Positions 52,860 through 64,000 of a DNA stretch of 64,000 nucleotides are shown in pieces; position 1 is the first letter of the stretch; every line of letters starts with the position of its first letter. Location: contig NC_087436.1 in assembly GCF_036321535.1 (NCBI RefSeq), positions 87,360,001-87,424,000 of the forward strand. Direction: 5' to 3'. The position numbers and the translations under genes were made by a program. Below the pieces are notes generated by a model. It did not search any database and was not told the DNA's origin. It saw nothing but the letters and a program-made list of their open reading frames with translations. Source of the stretch: Camelus dromedarius (Eukaryota).

Positions 52860-52970
52860 AATGCACAGGTGCCAAATATTGCATAGGATACAATTATATT
52901 GAAAAAATATTCATTGTTTCAAATTTAACTGAGCATCCCATGTTTTTATTTGCCAAACCTGGCAACCCCA
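52860..52970. mobile_element. MER53-like fragment
   Basis: caaatattgcataggataca...caaatttaactgagcatc...atttgccaaacctggcaacc. Confidence 0.75.
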
Positions 52971-53004
52971 CCTTAATAGTTAAGAGTGTAGCTAGACTCT
53001 AAAT

Positions 53005-53172
53005 CAGAGGTCAGCAAATTGTTACCGTAAAAGAGCCAGATAATTAGTATTCTCAGGTTTGCCATTGTAGTGTGAAAGCACTCATAGATAATACAGAAAT
53101 TAATGGGCATTGCCATGTTCCACTAAAACTTTATTTGCAAAAACAGTGGCACGCCCTGGTTTGCAGACCTCT
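53005..53172. mobile_element. MER58A-like hAT MITE
   Basis: cagaggtcagcaaa / tttgcagacctct termini, with gttccactaaaactttatttgcaaaaacag. Confidence 0.8.
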
Positions 53173-53199
53173 TTTTAAAGCTAAGCTACCTGGATTTAT

Positions 53200-53625
53200 G
53201 GACAGCGAAACCATTTATCAGACGTGTGGAATTAAGCAAGTGACAATCTCTTTGTGTGTCAGTTTTCTCACCAATGGTTTGGGAGCTGATGAAAGGACCC
53301 CTGCCTCCCAGGGTTGGTGTAAGATGAAATGATGTGTGCGATGAGCGCTTCTTATGTGTAAAGTGTTCAGAACAGTGCCTGCAAGTAGCAAATACTATCA
53401 AGGGACAAGATATGCCACTGTGACATGGGATTAATTACTTGAATTAGAACGGGCTAGGACAATAATAGATAACATTCGTTACCATCGTCATTATCATTAT
53501 CCCCATTTTGTCAATGAAGGTACTGTGATCCAGACAGATAAGTGCCTGGTCCAAGGTCACCTAGCTCTCAAGTCAGTAGCCCAGCTGGGGTTTGAGCTCC
53601 TGTAGTCTAGGACCAAAGACCACTG
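53200..53625. mobile_element. Two MIR SINEs in opposite orientation
   Basis: ctctttgtgtgtcagttttctca...tgtaaagtgttcagaacagtgcctg (plus) and ccccattttgtcaatgaagg...ccaaggtcacctagct (minus). Confidence 0.75.
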
Positions 53626-54089
53626 GCTTCTCCCTTACTCTAGACGGTGAAGATCCATGAACAACGGCCAGATTAGGAAATGCCACATTAAGTGTTTGTT
53701 CTATGTTTGGGTAATTTTGGGGCAAAACACTGAAGTATCATTTATTTTCAAGAAACACGACAATGGTCCTTAGCTTAAACCATGAGGGCTTGTTTGCCCT
53801 TGCTCTTTTCAGCTCCGAGGACGCCTGCCCACATCTGCGGTGCCCAGCCACATTCATATTCATGCACCCATTCCTGCGGCAGAGCCTACGGTTATGGAAA
53901 CATCTGCAGTTTCAGGGGCATGAACTCTTTCTCTTTCTTTCCTCCTCTCCAGGGTTTTTTCCCCCCTATTTCATTCTGCCTCCTCCTTACCTTCTCCTTA
54001 AACCTCTTTTCGCTCCTCCTAGGCCTGAAAAGAGGCCAGGGGAACAATATTTGCTTTGGGAGGAGAAGAGAAAAATAGAAGTTGAGCTA

Positions 54090-54380
54090 GCCTAGTTAGA
54101 GAATAACCCTGATTTTCCACAAAGGGCTGCTTCATGGAAAGATTGTAACTTACAGTCCTTTCTAGTCGCGCGCGCGCTCTCTCTCTTTTCTTTGGGAAAA
54201 ACAAAGTTGATGTAAACAGCTGGAGACTGTAACTTGAAAAACGAAGAAAGTAAGATGAATAAAACTTCCTGTTTTCCTCTCCTACCCGGGTCTACAGGGG
54301 GCTGGCCTACAAGGCTGCCTTCCAAACCAGATGTTCGATTCCCAAAGCTTGTTTCAGAGTCTCTGCATATCAATTAATCT
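54090..54380. promoter_or_regulatory. Candidate enhancer or alternative promoter
   Basis: Unique sequence with (CG)5 at 54167-54176, overlapping FOX (GTAAACA 54212-54218) and E-box (CAGCTG 54217-54222) sites, and ETS ACTTCCTGTTT from 54264. Motif-only evidence. Confidence 0.4.
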
Positions 54381-56027
54381 TTATACAGCATGACCAGAAC
54401 TTAGATTCAATTACAATGAACGTGCTTCAGCCAAGCGCCTGCTGGGACACAGGTGCCTCTTGGGAAAAGCAGGATAAATGTGGCCAGCATATGACGGGGA
54501 CCAGTGAGTTAAATTCTCTCCTGTCACAGTCTAAATTATACGCAACATTACCAGGACTCCTCCGGGAAGCCAGGTGCCATGCTACAGCACGGCAACCCCA
54601 CAAGGGAGATACAATTACTAATATCTCTGCTTTGCAGATCAGGAAGTCAAGTCTCAGGGAGGATAGTGACCTGACCCTAGTTTCCACTCCTAGTAAGGGG
54701 CTCCCTCCACCCCGCCTCTCTCTCGACCCTTCCGTGTTTAGAAAAGACTAATGCATGGGCTCAAAACACAGGGCAGAGAGGCTTCCTCTCTGGAAAGGAG
54801 ACAATTTTTGCATCACTCTGCTCCTGCCTAGACCGCTGGGCGTGTTGCTTCTCTCTTGGGCTGTTCATCCTATTTGGAGACATGTTGTCGTGGATTCTGA
54901 AGCTCTGTCTGCATCCTCCTAGTTACACCCTGCTGATGGCGTGGGACCCACTGCCAGTAACAACCCAGGCTCCTTTCAGCCCATCTTTCCTCCTCAGACA
55001 TGTAACCCAGAGCAGGGAGGATGTATCCCCCTCCTGGTAAAACTCTTAAGTGCTCAGACAGGTCATAAAAATGAGCTCCAAGCATGACACCCATCTATAT
55101 TTGTCCTTTTCACGCTGAGTGACTATCTGCCAACAGGATTAGTGGTGGAGTTGTTACTGACAGTCTCTTCCCTATAAAACAGGGCACAAAACATGTGCTT
55201 TTAGTTGAAGCTGATTCTTGCCTGTGGAGTAATTATTAGTAGCTAGAAATACAAAGTCACTAAAATGTGTTTTTAGTTTGTTTTGTGGGATCTTCATAAT
55301 TTTCCCACTGTAAAGATACCAGGTTTAGCTTTTCAACCAGTTAATGGTACTTACCAGTAGACTTCAACGATCTTCTAGGTGACCTCCAGGTCAGGCGCAA
55401 CTTTGAGTGACCGCCCCTCTACAATTCGCCAGGTTCCAGGGGAGAGAAGAGCGTCCTCACCATTCGCACCCCTACCCTCTGCACCAAGTTCTTCGAGGAA
55501 CAGAAGTGCAGCCATTTCTCACAAAATTCAGGACCTCCCAGTGTTGTCTCCCTCATCCTTTTCAGTCAAGGATACCATAAGCCAGCGTTTCATGCTCAAA
55601 ATCTGGAAAACACCCATTTAAATGAAAAAAAGGGGGAAAAAACCCAAAGAGAAACAAAACAGATTTCTTTACTGCAAAAATTCTCGGTGTTGTTAATATC
55701 CTAATGTCACTCCGAGTCCCCAAGAAGGAAATGTAATATGTAGAGTTTCCCAAACTTTTTTGGCCTTGGAATCCTTTACTTGGGGACCTCTTATGATATT
55801 AATGTCCCATAGACACACTTTGGGGAATCACAAAGTAGCCATATGGTCGCCATATGTGGTGTGACCCATCAATGCTGGACACTCTGCATCCATTTTCTCA
55901 CTTAATATCCACCACGTCCTAAAAGGCAGGACTTACCACCATTTTACAGACACAGAAAATGAGGCTTAGAGAATTTCATTTACACAAAGCCAGGAGAGGG
56001 TAAGGCAAGGGCAGGACCAAAGTCTTC

Positions 56028-56207
56028 TTTTTTTGGACTTTAATTTTATTTTTTATTGAAGTGTAGTTGATTTACAACATTGTGTTAGTTTCAAGTGTAC
56101 AGCAAACGATTAAGTTATACATATACATATATACACATATTTCCAGATTCTTTTCAATTATAGCTTATTATAAGAAATTGAATGTATTTCCCTGTGCTCT
56201 ACAGTAA
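56028..56207 (-). mobile_element. Short LINE-1 3' end inserted in a MIR
   Basis: ttttattgaagtgtagttgatttacaac...ccctgtgctctacagtaag. Degenerate TSD aggaccaaag / agaaccaaag. Confidence 0.85.
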
Positions 56208-57269
56208 GAACCAAAGATTTTGAATGCTAAACATCATGTTCTTCTTTTTCCTTAAGAAACTTTCTTTCCCTTTTTCTAAACAGAAATTTTTAAAATGAAG
56301 AAGAGAACTTAAGACCCACCTTTCTGCTATGCAAAATTAGTCATTTTTGTTTGCTCACATTTGTCTCCAATCTTTTTTTAAAAAATAAATGAAATGTTAT
56401 AGATAAAACTTGTTCATTTCTTATCAGGCTGCTTCCCTATTATCAATGAACCCACCCTAGGGGCAAAGTCTTGAAGGACCCCAGCCCAGGCTGCTTTGGG
56501 GTGCTCTCTTTTCAATCCATAAAAATATTTCCCCTTACTTATTTTTCATTTTCCCACTGCCCTCTTGAGTTCCATTGTAAATCTGAGGCACAAACAGAAA
56601 TATTTGAAAGTAACATGGTAAGCAAAACCTGAAGTCAGTTGATACCTTGGTCTACAGTTAAGAAAGGAGCCCTCACACTGGGAAGGGTGTAGCTATGTTC
56701 TTGATTCATGTGATAATATAGTCTGGGAAAAAGCTCAGACCAAAATAAAGCAAGTGTGGATTCAAACACATAAACTGTATTCACTAATATCTAAAACCAT
56801 TGGGAAAAAGAAGGTACTCATTATTTTAAATTACAAAGCACAAGGCACATTTCCAAAGCAGCGAGGTTTCCCCACTTTCCCTCCCTGAGAGGCTTGGGAA
56901 AGTTGAGTTGAGTTCCACTGACCTGTAATATGGGGCATAGATTGTTGCCTTCGATACGTGGATTCTCCCAGAGAGAATAACAAGTTTGTGCTTTGTCCTG
57001 ATAAAAATTTATACACTTTGAGCCAACAATGATAATGGAGCCTCATGCTAAGAAAACTAGATGAGTCAGCAGCCCTGAGATGAGGCTGCGTTACTACTTC
57101 TGGTCACCAAACAAAGGCGTCAGTAACCTTGAGCAGCAGTTTGAGAGGGTGCATCAGCTGCTTCAGACTCCAAGGCAAAGTTACAGAGGGCAAATCTGAT
57201 CCTTGGCATGCTCCTGCACTCCTTTCTGAATCCCACTTCCAGTGATTGCCTCTTCTTCCTCACATCCCT

Positions 57270-57362
57270 ATGTGGTAGGTTGAATGGTGACGTCACCCTC
57301 AAATGATATATCCACTTGAAACCTGTGAATATGATTTTTATTTGGAAAAGGGGTCTTTGCAA
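57270..57362 (+). mobile_element. MLT1 LTR 5' fragment
   Basis: tgtggtaggttgaatggt...acctgtgaatatgatttt.atttggaaaaggggtctttgca. Confidence 0.8.
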
Positions 57363-58063
57363 GAGACTCTTTGGGAGAAACACAATAGACATTGAAGTAA
57401 AATTTGGAACCAGAATAAATTAATCAAGGAACATTATCACCTCCTGGACTTGGCGTAGAGATAACCTCCTTCAGAGTAGCTGCAATAATTCACAGATGTC
57501 AATGCACTTCTACAAGTTTCATGTTGAACCCCACCTTTTATTTCAGTAGTTCCCCTAGCTTCCATATTCCAAAGGATATGTTCTACAAAGTCAGTCTGAA
57601 GAAGGCAGCATCTCCACCACTTTGAAGTGACAATCTGAATCAAATGTCCAACTTTGAAGTGCAGCTTTCTCTGTCTGGAAAGTGGTAAGACTTAACAGTT
57701 CACTGAAAAAAACTAGTTTACAACTAGCAAAGCTCAAATCACCCTGGTTAATTTCTGGTATAGCCAGAATTCATCTATTAAAGTGTGTGTGCATGGTGGA
57801 GGGGAGGTGCACGGTGAGAAGGTAGCCTTCCTATCCATCTTACTTCTTTCATTAGCTAAACTGGATTAGCATTTTTTATGAAAACATATCCAATAAACAA
57901 AATGCCTGATAATGTATGAGATATGTTTATAAAAGCCAGGCTACAACTGGCCAGAATAATGTAGTTCATGCCCTTTAATGGTCTGACTTCCTCCAAATAA
58001 TTCAAAGCAACTAAAAGAATGATTTCTCAGATAATGCTTTACATATCATCTGAGGTAGTCCAG

Positions 58064-58451
58064 TGTTGCTGATTCAATTGTGTGTCCTTCTAAAAAAGAA
58101 GTCCTAACCCTGAGTATTTCAGAATATGACCTTATTTGGAGATAAGGTCTTTCCAGAGTTAATCACATTAAAATGAGGTCATTAAGGTAAATCCTAATCC
58201 AGTACAACTGGTGTCCTTATAAAAAGGGGAATTTGAATGCTGAGACAAATATGCATAGAAGAAAGACGATGTGGAGAGACACAGGGAGAAGATGTTTACC
58301 TAAAAACCAAGGAGAGAAACCTGGAACAGATCCTTCTCTCTCAGCTCTCAGAGGACACCAACCCTGATTTCAGACTGCCAGCCTCTGGAACTGTGAGATG
58401 ATAAACTTCTGTTGTGGTACTTTGTCACGGTAGCCCTAGCAACCTAATACA
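58064..58451 (+). mobile_element. Full-length MLT1A/B-like solo LTR
   Basis: TG...CA termini, gaccttatttggagataaggtcttt, ccagcctctggaactgtgaga. 5-bp TSD tccag / cccag. Confidence 0.9.
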
Positions 58452-58511
58452 CCCAGCATTTAGAATTCACCTCAACAGCATTTCTTTCTAAATTTAAGAG
58501 AATTTAAGAGC

Positions 58512-59555
58512 TTTGAGGGGTTAATATCCAAAATATATAAACAGTTCCTGCAACTCAATATTTAAAAAACAGCCCAATCCAAAAATAGGCAGAAGATCTG
58601 AATAGACATTTTTCCAAAGAAAGCATACAGATGGCCAACAGGCATATGAAAAGATGCTCAACATTGCTAATTATTAGAGAAATGCAAATCAAAACAGCAA
58701 TGAGACATTGCCTCACACCTGTCAGAATGGCTATCATCAAAAAGTGTACAAATAACAAATGCTGGCAAGGATATAGAGAATTCTGTTGGTGGGAATGTAA
58801 ATTGGTGCGGCCACTGTGGAAAACAGTATGGCGGTTCCTCAAAAATCTAAAAATAGGACTACTATATGATCCAGCAATCCCACTCCTGAGTATATATCTA
58901 AAAAAACCCAAAAAAACCAAAAACACTAATTCAAAAAGATAAATGCATCCCAATGTTTATAGAAGTATTATTTATAATTGCCAAAATGTGGAAGCAACCC
59001 AAATGTCCATCAACAGGTGAATGGATAAAGAAGATGTGGTATATATATACACCACATCTTTGTATATATATATATATTTTATATATATATATAGGTATAT
59101 TATATATATAATGGTATACTACTCAGCCATATAAAATAATGAAATCCTGTAATTTGCAGCAACGTGGATGGACTTAGAGAGTATTATGCTTAGTGAAATA
59201 AATCAGAGAAACACAAATACTGTATGATACTACTTATATGTAGAATCTGAAAAATAATACAAATAAATGTATGTAACAAAACATAAACAGACTCACAGAC
59301 ATAGGAAACAAACTAGTAGTTACCAGAGGGGAAAGGGAAAGGGGAGGGACATCTTAGGGGCATGGGATCAAGAGATACAAACTATTACATATAAAATAGA
59401 TATGCAACAAGGATATACTGTATAGCATAGGAAATTATAGCCATTTTCTTGTAATAACCTTTAATGGAGTATAATACACAAAAAATAGAGAATCACTATG
59501 TTGTACATCTGAAAATAATATAGTTTATAAATCAATCATGCTTCAATTAAAAAAA
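58512..59555 (+). mobile_element. 5'-truncated LINE-1 (ORF2 C-terminus plus 3'UTR) with TSD
   Basis: ORF 58631-58942 ([50 protein letters not shown]) is the L1 ORF2 C-terminus. Poly-A tail. TSD agaattt(a/t)agagc at 58499-58511 and 59556-59568. Confidence 0.95.
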
Positions 59556-60399
59556 AGAATTTTAGAGCATACAGCACGCATGTATACACACACACATGTT
59601 TATGGTTGGCTAAAGGACTAAATGATTCTGATGTGATCTTTTAAGTGAGGTTCAAACATCTTAAGGATGGACAACCTCCTTGGACACTCTGGCATAGTAT
59701 TCTCTGCTTAGAAAGAGAAAAGTTTCATTTAATGAGTGAATGAAAGATGTAGATTACAAATAAATTTACTGCTTTCAACATGATTTAAGCAGTAACTTGA
59801 ATGAATCAAGTGCAGAGTGAGTTACATTTCACATTCTATGTAATCTAGTCAGTCCCTTGGCTAATTTAAAGAGACACAGTTGTCAAGGGATGGAGTTTAT
59901 GTAAGCATTCTGAATTGGAATGGTAGATGGGAGACCACAGTAGTATTTGAAGAGAGCTATTTAAGTAAGTACTTTTTACTTAAGGTGGTAAATAGATACG
60001 ATTCTAGACCTCACCCTCCGGCCTCGGACTTGTCCCTTGTCAATTCTATTGCTTTTGTTTCTCCATTAGATTTACAGCGGGCATTTTATTGATTGACATT
60101 GGACTCAACTCTCTCGACTGTGATAACCTCATCGTCAACCCTGATCTGGCTCCTGGATGCTAGTCCCTCACATCTTACAGCAGCTAGGTGAGCACATCTG
60201 GGTATTTTTTTCAGCAGCTTAAACTCAGTATTCCTAAACAGGATCTCGTCTTCTGTCTTTCCTTTCACCGTTCAGTGTCTCTCCTAATTCTATTGTTCAG
60301 ACGGAAACCCTGCCAGTCTCTATAGCTTCAAAAGAGAGAGTCAGATATACATACTGAGATGTTTGCCATGACATATATGTTATGACAAACATGTTAATA

Positions 60400-61415
60400 A
60401 CCTATACTGTGAAATTACCCTAAATGCCCAACAATAGAGGAATGGTTTAAATCAATCATTTAAATGCATACAATTAGTTATGATATGTTCATTAAAGTAT
60501 GTTGCCAAGGAATGTTTATTGACTTGAGATAGGGCCCATAATATAATATTAAATGAATATAGACACAGAAAAAAACCCTCTAATTTTTAAAAATTAGATT
60601 TCAATCAGGAAAACAAATCACCTCATGTCTTCCAGGCAAGGAGGGTTTTAATGCAAGGAAGAATAGGATTCCAGAATTGTTGGAAGGGCTGAGGGAGCTA
60701 CCCTGATCATCTCAGCCTGCATCCCTGAAGCAGGTGGCTCCCAGGAGTCAAGAACCCCCAGGAAGCTCCCAGCCACTGCCTTCTTCTGTAGCAGTGAAGT
60801 GGCTGGTTTTCAAAGGCTCATTCCCCTGAAACCACGACAAAGTGCACAAGGTCCTCCTTTGGCTGCAGCTTCCTCCAGGCTTAATGGCCTCTCCTTCTAG
60901 GCTGGCTTTCAAACTGGTATGAGTGTTTCTTATCAGTAAATCCCAACATGGAACCATTTGGCGAGAGGATTCTGGGAAATGTAGTCTCCAGAAAGGGCTA
61001 GTGGTGATGTTGTGTTGATATCAGATAATTGGTAAGTTATTATAAATTATCAGCCTTCCATATAATGGGATACTATGCAGAAACTAAAAAGAATCAGACA
61101 GCTTTACATATATGTTAAAATTAAAAGATTCAAGACATATTATGTAAGCGAGGAATATCACTATACAATATGTACAGTAGAACACCATTATAAAAATTAT
61201 TGAAACGAAAGTGTTGATATAAAGAAAGGTATTTTTGTAATTGCACATAAAGCTATCTTGGAGGTCACATACTAAATTCATAGTCACAATTAATTCTGAA
61301 GAAGAGATTGGAATTGGGGGGTTAGTGAAGGAGAGCTTCCACTTTTTAAGTACGCTTCTTCATTGTTTGACTTTTTTATAAAAATCAATTCATGTACTAC
61401 TTATATAATTTAAAA
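60400..61415 (+). mobile_element. Old L1ME-like 3' remnants flanking an old LTR-like element (about 60595-61020)
   Basis: cctaaatgcccaacaatagaggaatggtt and ccatataatgggatactatgcag are L1-like. The middle segment resembles an ancient LTR. Confidence 0.5.
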
Positions 61416-62861
61416 ATCTGAACTATATTTATACACTTATACGTATATGAGTGTATATAAGGTATATATGTCTACGTATTTATCTCTCATCTATTTATCT
61501 ATCTGTTATTTATCCATCTATCTACCTATCTATTTTCATTCATGCATTGTAATGTGCCAAATATTGGGAAAACAATGACAAAAGCACACAGAGTTTGGGT
61601 CTCCCATAGAACTTATAGCCTCCTCTTCTCAAAAACCTTTAATGAATTCCCACTAGTGACTTGTTAAGTTCTTGCCCCTCCCTTATCTACTCATTTTCAC
61701 CATTTGAGTCCTTTTATTCTAACTATTTCATTCCCCGAGGTATCTTCCCTTCCTTATTTAAATTTTATCTAAATTCTACAGACCTGGAGGTTTTGTTCAA
61801 CTCTTAGTTTCTCTATGAAATATGGTGACTTGGGGAATGACTCCCACACTCTAAGGCCCATCCATCAATGTCAAGTTTCTCCCTGGGAACCAATCTCCTG
61901 CTTTGTCAACCTTGTCAAGCACACGACTATCTGCAATCATTTAATAGAAAAGGAAAGTGAGGCTCTGAAAGCCAGACTGTGTTTCCCAACAGCATGAGGT
62001 AAGCACAGTGAAACTGCTTCCACTTCCCCTCAGTCCTGACATAAGATGCTGCCTGATGTCAGTTTGCGCTGTTTTGATAGGAAGCCTTGCAGGAACAGAG
62101 CTCCGGCGCATAGTCTCAGGAGACATACTATACTTTACACACAGCACAGACTAGCCCTCTGTTCCCTTGTTGAAGATTTTTAAAGCGCTCATTTTCTGTG
62201 TATAGAAGTAATTTGAGATCAAAGCTACAGGTGTTTTTGTAGAACACAAACAAACAAAGGACTTGCCTTTCACCAAGAAAAGAAGAGGAAGCCTTCACCT
62301 TTTCTCTGAAAGCTTCTCAAATAGCTCCCCTTTATAGCCACGTCCCCATGGGGGAATTAACCTGAATGCTCTTCCTCTCCAAGGGTCCCATTCTTCATGA
62401 AAATATGGCACTAATCACACAGGGTTATGGTGAAGTACAGAAGTAAAGATCTGGCTCCCCTGTGACATCTTGCTAGTCTCTGGAAAGATATTATGATAAT
62501 TATGAGATGTCTCTGGCCTCAATGAGCTCACAAGATTAAATTTCTCAAAAAATGTCTCAAGAACCACAAGTTCCTTTGAGATCCAAGCTTCCTGCTAATC
62601 AGGCTGGTGCTCCTATCCCAGCTTGGCCAGATGGCACCAGCATGTTATTCCACCTGGCCCTCAGGACCAACATGAATCGTGTCCTTGGAGGGCCAATGTA
62701 ATTAACACTCATCAGTCAAAAACGATTTATTGAGTGCTTACCAAGAGCAAGGTGAGACAAGCATAGGGATCCAATGCTGAGAGAGAAAAGCACCTTGACT
62801 TTTAGGCAATTGCACACTAGAGGTAAATTTACTTATTGTTGTTATAACTAATGGCTCTTTC

Positions 62862-63414
62862 TGATACAGGAGAAGGAAATATTACATCTCGGGATGCGTC
62901 AGAGTCCCTGGGATGGCCCACCAAGTTAGGGTCTTTGGCTTCATGCAGGAAAGAATTCAAGAGGGAGCTTAAGTAGAGTGAAAGTAGATTTATTCAGGGA
63001 GATACGCACTCCATAGACAGCATGTAGACCGTCTCAGAAGGTGGGAGGGCCCCACGATGTGAGGTTGTTAGTTTTTATGGGCTGGGTAATTTCATATGCT
63101 AATGAGTGGGAGGAATATTCTTGCTATTCTGGGAAAGGGTGTACATTTCTAGGAGTTGGGCCACCACCCACTTTTTGGCCTTTTATGGTCGTCTTCAGAA
63201 CTGTCATGGGACAAGGCCCCCCCTTTTTTTTTTTTTAGTATTATAATGAAGGTATAATGAGTTAGATAGGGGTCAATGACTGGACCATGCTTGACGCCAT
63301 CTTGGTTTCAGGTGGTTCCAGCTGGGTTTTGTGGTATCCTGTTTTTCTCAACAACTGTGTCCCTATTCCTCATTCTTTTAACAGTTGTGCCTTGTCCCCT
63401 TCCTTCCTGTCTCA
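62862..63414 (-). mobile_element. Intact ERV1-class solo LTR with 4-bp TSD
   Basis: TG...CA termini and perfect TSD tttc (62858-62861, 63415-63418). Minus-strand CATAAAAA (63072-63079) lies upstream of AATAAA (62989-62994). Confidence 0.88.
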
Positions 63415-63439
63415 TTTCTGCTACTATCCTCTCTATTCC

Positions 63440-63660
63440 TATCACTGTAAAGTCTTGTGATTTTGAGCCTCTGCCATGAAAAAGACATGCCCAGGCTAGG
63501 TCACTGGTCTCAGGGGAAGGGTGAAGACACTGTGGAGCAAAGCTGAGCTGTCCCAGCCCAGCCCAGAGAGCTGACACTCAACTGATCAGCAGCCCCATGA
63601 GGAAAATGATTGCTATTTTAAGCCACTGAGTTTTGATTATGTTTGTTATGCAGAGAATCT
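63440..63660 (+). mobile_element. Old MLT1 LTR 3' fragment
   Basis: ctctgccatgaaaaagacatgcccaggctag...tgctattttaagccactgagtttt...tttgttatgcag. Confidence 0.75.
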
Positions 63661-64000
63661 AAGCAGATCCACTGTATGATATTACAGCCCACCTCCCCAA
63701 CACAGCTAGGTCTTGGATAACTGTCTTACAGGTAGGCAAATCTGAATGTTCAAACTACACAACCTCTTTTGTTCCTCACACTATGACTCCTACAGTCTTT
63801 AAAATTTAAAGGGTATAAGAATTATTGCACAATTTATATGCACAACTCATGTATGCAACCCTTGATAGACAAGTCAAAGAATGTTTCAAGGGTAATTTTG
63901 ATTAAGTGAGATTTTCTATTTACTCACTGATTTTAGAATCTAACCCTAAGTAAATTAGAATTCTGTATTTATCAATATTTAGGTTGTACGCTTCTGGAGA

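Noticed and set aside
58631..58942. ORF with clear protein homology
   Set aside because: It is a truncated L1 ORF2 C-terminus with a deletion in the cysteine-rich motif, not a host gene.
1..64000. Octamer (ATTTGCAT) occurrences, L1 strand bias, and CRISPR-like or prokaryotic inserts
   Set aside because: The octamer count is near chance for AT-rich DNA. L1 copies occur on both strands, so no host-gene direction can be inferred. No repeat-spacer array or gene-dense foreign segment was seen.

Overview
Mammalian genomic DNA that is CpG-depleted and repeat-rich. Three tRNA-Ala-derived Vic-1-type SINEs point to a camelid (alpaca, llama or camel). I recognise no cellular protein-coding gene. The only ORFs with recognisable homology are decayed LINE-1 ORF2 pieces (29678-29932, 58631-58942), and the long ORFs at 33.9-34.7 kb are microsatellite artefacts. 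The window looks intronic or intergenic. It is a mosaic of L1, L2, MIR, MaLR/ERV solo LTRs and hAT DNA transposons, several nested and several with readable target-site duplications (TSDs). The unique-sequence islands hold three speculative minus-strand exon candidates (~54.2, 41.6, 12.8 kb) and several enhancer-like motif clusters. There are also a 514-nt polypyrimidine tract and several near-perfect hairpins. The sequence does not support a novel multi-component biological system. Repeat family names come from recalled consensus sequences and need RepeatMasker/Dfam confirmation. Boundaries without a TSD are approximate.
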